Assembly: GCA_041395605.1 (NCBI GenBank)
Contig: JAWLAD010000009.1
Coordinates: 14,707-78,706 of the forward strand
Length of the DNA stretch: 64,000 nt
Reading direction: 5' to 3'
Origin: Steroidobacteraceae bacterium
GTDB taxonomy: Bacteria > Pseudomonadota > Gammaproteobacteria > Steroidobacterales > Steroidobacteraceae
The notes beneath the pieces were generated by a model that made no database searches, was not told the DNA's origin, and was given only the letters and a program-made list of their open reading frames with translations. Positions 57,660 to 64,000 of the stretch are shown in pieces. The position numbers and the translations under genes were made by a program. Position 1 is the first letter of the stretch. Each line of letters begins with the position of its first letter.

Positions 57660-58994
57660 TTGCACACCGCCGACACCGTTCCGTATCCGCGTCCGGCCTA
57701 CTCCTGGTACGTCGTCGTCGTCCTGCTGCTGGCCTACATCCTCGCGTTCGTCGATCGCGAGGTCATCGCGCTGCTGGTGCCCGACATCAAGCGCGACTTG
57801 CAGATCTCGGACACGCAGATGAGCTTCCTGCTCGGCGGCGCGTTCGCGGTGTTCTACACCTTCTTCGGCGTGTTGATCGCATGGCTCGCCGACAGCGGCA
57901 ACCGCCGCTGGCTGATCTTCGCCGGCGTCACCGTGTGGAGCGCGATGACGATGCTGTGCGGCGTCGCGACGAGTTACTGGGGCCTGTTCGCGGCGCGTGT
58001 CGGCGTCGGCGCCGGCGAGGCCGCGCTGAACCCGCCAGCGATGTCACTGCTGAAGGATTACTTTCCGCCGGACCGCCTCGGCCGCGCCATCGGCCTCTAC
58101 ACCGCGGGCGTGTCGAGCGGCAGCGGCCTCGCGTTCATCATCGGCGGCAGCGTCTATCCGCGCGTCGTCGCGGCGGGCCCCGCGGAGTGGCCGATCGTCG
58201 GCATCGTGCAGCCCTGGCAGCAGATGTTCATCTGGGTCGGCCTGCCCGGCCTCGTCATCGCGCTGCTGCTGCTGACGATCCGCGAGCCGGTGCGGCGCGA
58301 GTTCCTGCGCACCGGCGCCGTGCAGCGCGCGTCCCCGGTCTGGGAAACGATGCGTTTCCTGGGCCAGCGCTGGCGCGCGTTCATCGTGCTGTTCTTCGCG
58401 CTGTCGGTGCTCGCGATCATGGCCTATGGCATCGGCTTCTGGATCCCCGAGTTCCTGCGCCGCACCTACGCGCTCAGCCCCGAAGAGCTTGGCACCTACG
58501 TGCAGTGGCGCGGCGTCGTCACGATCGTGTTCGGCCTGATCGGCGTGATCGGCGGCGGCTGGCTCTGCGACGTGCTGCAGCGCAAGCATGACGACGGCTA
58601 CATCCGCGTCTGCCTGATCGCGTTCGTGTTCATGACCATCGGCTACTCGCTGTTCGCGCTGATGCCGACGCCGACGCTCGCTATCCTGCTGCTGATCCCG
58701 GCGAGCCTGGGCGCGGCGGCGCCCACGGCGGCCGGCGCCGCGGCGGTCGTCGCGATCGCGCCGCCGACGATGCGCGCGCAGATCACGGCCTTCTACTACT
58801 TCACGCTGAACTTCGTCGGCTTCTTCATCGGCCCGACGGCCGTCGCGCTGGTCACCGACTACTATTTCGCCGACGAGTCGCAGTTGCGCTACTCGCTGGC
58901 CTCGGTCGCGGCGTTTTTCTCGCTCGTCGGCTTCGGCCTGCTGCTGTTCAACCGGCGCCACTTCGCCGCGGCGATCCGCGAGGCCCGCGGCTAG
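57660..58994 (+). CDS. MFS transporter
   Basis: ORF of 444 aa with about 12 hydrophobic helices and an MFS signature region (WLADSGNRRWLIFAGVTVWS...ARVGVGAGEAAL). The start is TTG per the track. Confidence 0.8.
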   Translation: MHTADTVPYPRPAYSWYVVVVLLLAYILAFVDREVIALLVPDIKRDLQISDTQMSFLLGGAFAVFYTFFGVLIAWLADSGNRRWLIFAGVTVWSAMTMLCGVATSYWGLFAARVGVGAGEAALNPPAMSLLKDYFPPDRLGRAIGLYTAGVSSGSGLAFIIGGSVYPRVVAAGPAEWPIVGIVQPWQQMFIWVGLPGLVIALLLLTIREPVRREFLRTGAVQRASPVWETMRFLGQRWRAFIVLFFALSVLAIMAYGIGFWIPEFLRRTYALSPEELGTYVQWRGVVTIVFGLIGVIGGGWLCDVLQRKHDDGYIRVCLIAFVFMTIGYSLFALMPTPTLAILLLIPASLGAAAPTAAGAAAVVAIAPPTMRAQITAFYYFTLNFVGFFIGPTAVALVTDYYFADESQLRYSLASVAAFFSLVGFGLLLFNRRHFAAAIREARG

Positions 58995-59049
58995 GACCCG
59001 TTGAGGCCCAGTGGGCGGCCGGCGCCCCGGCCTCCCGTATAATTCCCGC

Positions 59050-60220
59050 ATGGCCCAATCCCTCGATCCCCTCGACCTGTACGACGTCCGCGGGCAGCTG
59101 TCGGACGAGGAACGCATGGTCGATGAATCCGTCGGCCGCTTCGTCGACGACAACGTCCTGCCCATCATCCGCCGGCACTTCGAGCAGCACACCTTCCCTC
59201 GCGAACTCGTCGGCGGCCTCGCCGAACTCGGGCTGCTGGGGTCCTCTCTGTCGGGCTACGGTTGCCGCCGGCATGAACTCGATCGCCTACGGCCTGATTT
59301 GCCAGCAGCTCGAGCGCGGCGACTCGGGCCTGCGCAGCTTCGTGTCGGTGCAGAGCTCGCTGTGCATGTACCCGATCCACGCCTATGGCAGCGAGGCGCA
59401 GAAACAGCAGTTCCTGCCGCGCATGGCCAAGGGCGAACTGATCGGCTGCTTCGGCTTGACCGAACCACACGGCGGCTCGGACCCGGCCAACATGAAGACG
59501 CACGCGAAGCGCCGCGGCGGCGACTGGGTGTTGAACGGCTCGAAGATGTGGATCACGAACGCGCCGATCGCCGACCTTGCGGTGGTCTGGGCGCGCACCG
59601 ACGAAGGCATCCGCGGCTTCATCGTCGAGCGCGGCATGCGCGGTTTCGCGACGCCCGAGATCGAGAACAAGTTCAGCCTGCGCGCGTCGGCCACCGGCGC
59701 GCTGTTCTTCGAGGATGTCGTCGTGCCCGAGGCCAACATGCTGCCGGGCAGCACGGTGGGCCTGAAGGCGCCGCTGTCGTGCCTGACGCAGGCGCGCTAC
59801 GGCATCACCTGGGGCGTGATCGGCGCGGCCCAGGCCTGCCTCGCCGAAGTGCTCGAGTATTCGAAGAGCCGCATCCTGTTCAACCGGCCGCTGGCCGCGA
59901 ACCAGGCGGTGCAGATCCGGCTCGCCGAGATGGCGCGGCAGATCACGACCTCGCAGCTGCTGTCGCTGCAACTCGGGCGGCTCAAGGATGCCGGCTCGAT
60001 GTCGCCGTCGCAGGTGTCGCTCGCGAAGTGGCACAACTGCCGCGCCGCGCTCGACATCGCGCGCGACGCGCGCGACCTGCTCGGCGGCTCGGGCATCAGC
60101 GCCGAGTACGTGCCGATCCGTCATGCGCTGAACCTCGAGAGCGTGATCACCTACGAGGGCACCGAGACCATCCACCAGCTGTCTATCGGCCGCGAACTGA
60201 CCGGCATCAATGCATTCTGA
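59050..60220 (+). pseudogene. gcdH: glutaryl-CoA dehydrogenase-type acyl-CoA dehydrogenase, one frameshift near codon 72 as sequenced
   Basis: ATG 59050 gives MAQSLDPLDLYDVRGQLSDEERMVDESVGRFVDDNVLPIIRRHFEQHTFPRELVGGLAELGLLGSSL. ORF 59123-60220 carries the rest (GMNSIAYGLICQQLERGDSG...CFGLTEPHGGSDP...WITNAP...YEGTETIHQLSIGRELTG). The frames join near 59262-59268. Confidence 0.85.
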
Positions 60221-60282
60221 GCGGCCGGACTGTCGGAAACCTTTACACGTAGCCTGCCCGGCCTCCCGCACGCATCGAAGGG

Positions 60283-60330
60283 AAGAACTGTAAGATATTA
60301 AAATATATGCGATTTTTTTGAATATCAGCC
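60283..60330 (+). promoter_or_regulatory. AT-rich island (probable promoter/UP or nucleoid-protein site) upstream of the PEP-CTERM gene
   Basis: The sequence aactgtaagatattaaaatatatgcgatttttttgaatatcagcc is the most AT-rich stretch in the window. It contains the inverted hexamers GATATT...AATATC. An AGGAAG RBS lies 8 nt before ATG 60403. Confidence 0.4.
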
Positions 60331-60402
60331 CAATGGCATGGAGATTGCTTTGATCAGGGCCAGAGAAGGCGGTCAGTCCCGCCCAGCAGGAAGAACACGA
60401 TC

Positions 60403-60960
60403 ATGAACAAGCTCTGGATTCGCGCTGCCGCCGTCGCCGCCATCGCCTGGGGAAGCCTCGGCGCCCCGAACGCCGTCGCCGGCCCGATCAGCAGCTGCAG
60501 CGACCAGTCGCTCGGCAATCTCACCGCGCCTGCCGCGACCAGCTTCGGCAACACCTTCTCGGCGCCGGGCAGCTTCACCGACTGCTACAGCTTCTCGCTC
60601 GACACGCCGGCCGATGCGTTCGGCCTGACGCTCGAATGGGACTGGTCCTGGAACATGGGCATCGACCTGACCACCACATCGCTGTGGAGCGGCACGAACA
60701 TGATCGGTGCCTTGGGCACGCCGAACTCCACGCTGAACGGCTTCAGCTTCGACGGCCTGACCAGCGGCAACTACTGGCTGGTCATCGGCGGCAACGTCTC
60801 TGACCAGAATGGCAGCCTGTCGAACTCCGGCAACGTCGGCTACGTCGGCCTGCTCGCGACGACGCGCGCCACGGCCGTGCCGGAACCGGGCACGCTCGCG
60901 CTGCTCGGCCTTGGCCTCGCGGCCGCGGGTATCGCCCGCCGTCGGCGCGCGACCGCCTGA
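60403..60960 (+). CDS. PEP-CTERM sorting-domain protein (resembles the FxDxF subfamily)
   Basis: ORF of 185 aa. It has a signal peptide (AAVAAIAWGSLGAPNAVAG). The C-terminal motif VPEPGTLALLGLGLAAAGIARRRR is the canonical PEP-CTERM anchor. An N-proximal SFTDCYSFSL is present. Confidence 0.85.
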   Translation: MNKLWIRAAAVAAIAWGSLGAPNAVAGPISSCSDQSLGNLTAPAATSFGNTFSAPGSFTDCYSFSLDTPADAFGLTLEWDWSWNMGIDLTTTSLWSGTNMIGALGTPNSTLNGFSFDGLTSGNYWLVIGGNVSDQNGSLSNSGNVGYVGLLATTRATAVPEPGTLALLGLGLAAAGIARRRRATA

Positions 60961-60986
60961 TCCTTCGCTCTACCGGCTCCCGCCAG

Positions 60987-61020
60987 GGCCCCGCAGGTGA
61001 CTGCGGGGCCTTTTTGTTTG
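60987..61020 (+). terminator. rho-independent terminator after the PEP-CTERM gene
   Basis: GGCCCCGCAG (60987-60996), loop GTGA, CTGCGGGGCC (61001-61010), followed by TTTTTGTTTG. Confidence 0.75.
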
Positions 61021-61090
61021 TGCGCATGACCACGGTGCGTGCGCGACCAGCCGCTATGATTCCGCCGGCATCGACCCCACGGAGCACGAG

Positions 61091-61861
61091 ATGAGCGACA
61101 GCAAACCTGCCAGCGGCCTGCCGATCCTGCAGCGCGATCACCGCAGCGTGATGGGCAAGATCCTCTACACCAGCAAGAAGCCCGAGCGCCTGGACCAGGA
61201 ACGCGGCCGCGAGTACTTCCGCATCGATGTGCATGCCGACGGCACGCGCACCTGCACCGCCCATTGCGAGATCGACGATCGCCCCTCCGTGATGCGCGAC
61301 ATCACCTACACGCTGGACAAGGCCTGGATGCCGACGGACTGCTTCGTGCGCATCTCGGTCGGCAGCAAGTTCATGGGCTCGGGCTGGTTCCGCTTCCATC
61401 CCAAGTATGCCGAGTGCGAAGCCTGGACCTCGCTCGAGGGGCGTGTCTCGCAGACGATGGACGTCGACACGCCGCTGGTCACGTTCCAGAACCATGCGAT
61501 CGCCTGCGATGCATGGCACCTGCGCCTGATCGACCAGAACAAGCCCGGCGTCGTCCAGCGCATCAACCAGATCCTGCTGTCATCGCCCGATCACCGTGGC
61601 GCCACCGGTCCGATGCTGTACTCGATCGGCATGACCGTCGTGTTCGTCGGCCGCGAGAAGGTCACGGTGGGTGCGGGCAGCTTCGAGGCACTGCACTTCC
61701 AGTTCGTCACCAATCCCGAACTGCCCCAGGAGCACCCGCCGTACGATGTCTGGTGCACGGCCGACGGCGAGTACCTGTTCCTGAAGGGCGGCGTCGCCGG
61801 CTACATGCAGACGCACTACGAACTCGTCGAGCTGTCGGTCGGCCCGCACTGGGGCAACTGA
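61091..61861 (+). CDS. hypothetical protein (256 aa, no family recognised)
   Basis: The ORF has strong GC3 bias and no signal peptide or TM helix. It is Cys/Trp/His-containing globular sequence (CTAHCEIDDRPSVMRD...WFRFHPKYAECEAW...). Confidence 0.6.
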   Translation: MSDSKPASGLPILQRDHRSVMGKILYTSKKPERLDQERGREYFRIDVHADGTRTCTAHCEIDDRPSVMRDITYTLDKAWMPTDCFVRISVGSKFMGSGWFRFHPKYAECEAWTSLEGRVSQTMDVDTPLVTFQNHAIACDAWHLRLIDQNKPGVVQRINQILLSSPDHRGATGPMLYSIGMTVVFVGREKVTVGAGSFEALHFQFVTNPELPQEHPPYDVWCTADGEYLFLKGGVAGYMQTHYELVELSVGPHWGN

Positions 61862-61955
61862 CGGCGCCGCGCCCGCGTCAGGCCGGATTCTGGCGAATGA
61901 TGGCACGGCGCCGTGCGACTGCGCGGCGGCGACGGCCACGCCGTACACTGCGGCC

Positions 61956-62648
61956 ATGCGTCGCAACATCGCCATCGTAGAAGATGAAACCGCCATCCGT
62001 GACAACTACGCGGCGGCCTTCGCACGCGAGGGTTACCTCGTGCGCGGCTATCCGAATCGCGCACAGGCGCTCGCGGCGTTCGCCGTGCGCCTGCCGGATC
62101 TCGTCGTCATCGACGTCTCGCTCGAGGATGAGCCGGAAGGTGGCTACGAGTTGTGCCGTGAGCTGCGCGCACGCTCAGCCGAGCTGCCGATCATCTTCCT
62201 GACCGCGCGCGACTCGGAAATCGACGCAGTCTCCGGCCTGCGCCTGGGCGCCGACGACTTCCTGACCAAGGACCTGTCGCTGCCGCACCTCATTGCGCGT
62301 ATCCACGCGCTGTTCCGGCGCATCGACGCGCTGCGCCGCCCCGCCGCAGCCGAGCAGGTCATGCAGCGCGGCTCGCTGACCCTGGACATCGAGCGCCTGA
62401 GCGCCGAGTGGGGCGGCGTCGCCGTGCCGCTGTCGCTGACGGAGCTGTGGATCGTGCACGCGCTGACGCGTCATCCGGGACACGTCAAGAGTCGCCAGCA
62501 GTTGATGGACGCCGCCAACGTCGTGCTCGACGACAGCACCATCACGTCCCACATCAAGCGGATCCGTCGCAAGTTCGTTGCGGTCGATCCGCAGTTCGAC
62601 GCCATCCATACCGCTTACGGCATGGGCTATCGCTGGCTCGAGCCCTGA
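61956..62648 (+). CDS. OmpR/PhoB-type response regulator (resembles proteobacterial dedicated-sortase-system regulator)
   Basis: ORF of 230 aa. The receiver reads IAIVEDETAIRDNY...LVVIDVSLEDEPEGGYELCRELR...IIFLTARDSEIDAVSGLRLGADDFLTKD. A winged-helix domain follows (TAYGMGYRW). Confidence 0.85.
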   Translation: MRRNIAIVEDETAIRDNYAAAFAREGYLVRGYPNRAQALAAFAVRLPDLVVIDVSLEDEPEGGYELCRELRARSAELPIIFLTARDSEIDAVSGLRLGADDFLTKDLSLPHLIARIHALFRRIDALRRPAAAEQVMQRGSLTLDIERLSAEWGGVAVPLSLTELWIVHALTRHPGHVKSRQQLMDAANVVLDDSTITSHIKRIRRKFVAVDPQFDAIHTAYGMGYRWLEP

Positions 62649-62655
62649 TCACCCC

Positions 62656-64000
62656 ATGCTGATCCGCACCCGCCTGCTGCTGCTCGGCCTGACCACGCTG
62701 GCACTGCCGTGGGCCGGCTGCCAGTACGCGCGCGAAATGGAGGGCGCGCTGCGCGACGCGGAGAAGATGTCGTTGCAGGCCGTCGCGTCGACCATCGCCG
62801 TATCGCTGCAGGGACGGCGGGACCTGCTGACGCGCGATGCGGGCGGTCCTGGCAGTGCCGCCCCGCCCGGGCCGCTCGACCTCGAAGCGATGGCGCTGCG
62901 TGCCGCACCGGTCCTCGACGGGCGCGCGAGCGAATGGCCGGGCCAGACACCGTTGCTGCGGCGGTACACCGCCCAGGGCGGTGGGCGGCTCGAGGTGCGC
63001 GCGGGCACCCACGAGCGCTACCTGTACCTCTCGCTGCGCAGCGACGACGACACGCTCGTGTTCGACCGCTCCGACGCGCTGCCGCTCGATGCCCCGCGGA
63101 TCGGCGACCGGGTGTGGCTTGGATTCACCGACCGCGGCGGCACGCTGCAACAGGTCTTCGTCGGTGCCGCGGGCCCCGGGCCGGTGCGCGGCCGCCGCAT
63201 CGTCGTGCGCGAACTCGGCCGGCGCGAAGCGATCGACGAGCCGCGCATCGAGGGATACTGGCTGCGGCTCACCGACGGCTGGCGACTCGAACTGCGGCTG
63301 CCACTGTCGATGATCGGCGAACGGCTCGGTGTGCTGCACGACGACCGTGACCGCCGTGGTGCCGACGCAGTCAGCATCGGCAACCTGTACACCAACACGC
63401 TCGCGCCCCGCGGGCGCCTGCTCGCGGCAGCGCCGGAACTGCGCGATGAACTCGCCCGCTTCCGTCAAAGTGGCGTGCGGCTCCAGGCCGCCTCGGCCAG
63501 CGGGACCGTCGTCGCCGAGGTCAATGCGCTGCCCGCCGGACCAGGCACCCTGTCAGCGGGCAACGCGCTGCTGTCGCAGCTGTATCGCGGCTTCATGCAG
63601 CGCTCGGCGCTCGCCGAGCGCGTCACCGATACGCAGCCAGGCCGTGTCGACAGCCTGCAGGCCCGCGCCGCAGCCGCCGGGCAAACCGCCAGTGCGCTGC
63701 TGGCAAGTCGTGAGGCGGATCGCCTGATCGTGACTGCGATCGCGCCCGTGTTCGACACCGACCAGCGCATCCTCGGCATGGTGCAGGTCGCGCAGACCGC
63801 CGACCGCTGGCTGGTGCTTCGCGATCGCGCGCTGACGCGGCTCGTGAACCTGACATTGATGGTCTCGGCCCTGGCGATCGCGGCGATGCTGCTGTTCAGC
63901 CTGTGGCTTGCCGCGCGGCTGCGTCGACTGCGACGCGCGTCCGAACAGGCGCTGGACGCGGGCACCGCCGCCCACAGGTCGGCGAGCCTGCGTCGGCTGG
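62656..64000 (+). CDS. sensor histidine kinase, N-terminal periplasmic/sensor part (runs off the window end)
   Basis: Not in the ORF track because there is no stop in the window. I translated it from ATG 62656: MLIRTRLLLLGLTTLALPWAGCQYAREMEGALRDAEKMSLQAVASTIAVSLQ... It stays open for 448 codons to position 64000. A second TM helix (LVNLTLMVSALAIAAMLLFSLWLAA) lies near 63840-63915. It starts 8 nt after the regulator stop. Confidence 0.75.
   Translation, partial: MLIRTRLLLLGLTTLALPWAGCQYAREMEGALRDAEKMSLQAVASTIAVSLQGRRDLLTRDAGGPGSAAPPGPLDLEAMALRAAPVLDGRASEWPGQTPLLRRYTAQGGGRLEVRAGTHERYLYLSLRSDDDTLVFDRSDALPLDAPRIGDRVWLGFTDRGGTLQQVFVGAAGPGPVRGRRIVVRELGRREAIDEPRIEGYWLRLTDGWRLELRLPLSMIGERLGVLHDDRDRRGADAVSIGNLYTNTLAPRGRLLAAAPELRDELARFRQSGVRLQAASASGTVVAEVNALPAGPGTLSAGNALLSQLYRGFMQRSALAERVTDTQPGRVDSLQARAAAAGQTASALLASREADRLIVTAIAPVFDTDQRILGMVQVAQTADRWLVLRDRALTRLVNLTLMVSALAIAAMLLFSLWLAARLRRLRRASEQALDAGTAAHRSASLRRL

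Overview
Very GC-rich chromosomal segment; third codon positions are almost all G/C. I resolve about 60 genes and one tRNA. I see no rRNA, CRISPR array, transposase, integrase or phage genes. The backbone is conserved gammaproteobacterial housekeeping synteny. One block is pyrE, dut, coaBC, radC, rpmB, rpmG, mutM, coaD, rsmD. The other is ftsY, ftsE, ftsX, rpoH. This fits a Xanthomonadales/Nevskiales-like organism, but that is an inference, not a search result. Between these blocks lie metabolic genes and a dense set of signal-transduction genes. The signalling set includes an HDOD protein, a GGDEF-EAL protein, a GGEEF cyclase, a double-PAS chemoreceptor, a multi-PAS HisKA_3 kinase, and an OmpR-type regulator with its kinase. 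The most notable coherent system is an intact four-gene Anbu-type cluster at 31254-35231: circularly permuted ATP-grasp, alpha-E, transglutaminase-like protease and a proteasome-beta homologue. Its physiological role is still unknown. A second block at 60.3-64.0 kb is worth follow-up. It holds an AT-rich promoter island, a PEP-CTERM protein, an unknown 256-aa protein, and a regulator/kinase pair that resembles the proteobacterial dedicated-sortase-system pair. As sequenced, the window also carries about 25 reading-frame lesions: single-base indels, often compensating pairs, plus one in-frame stop of each type (TAA, TGA, TAG). They cluster in patches at 16.4-17.6 kb, 36.0-36.9 kb, 51.07-51.38 kb and 56.3-56.6 kb, with isolated sites elsewhere. 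They hit ftsY (essential in E. coli), ftsE, trmB and a tRNA T-arm, so consensus or assembly error is more likely than real pseudogenisation. This must be checked against reads. Many long ORFs in the six-frame track are GC-driven shadow frames and were rejected.
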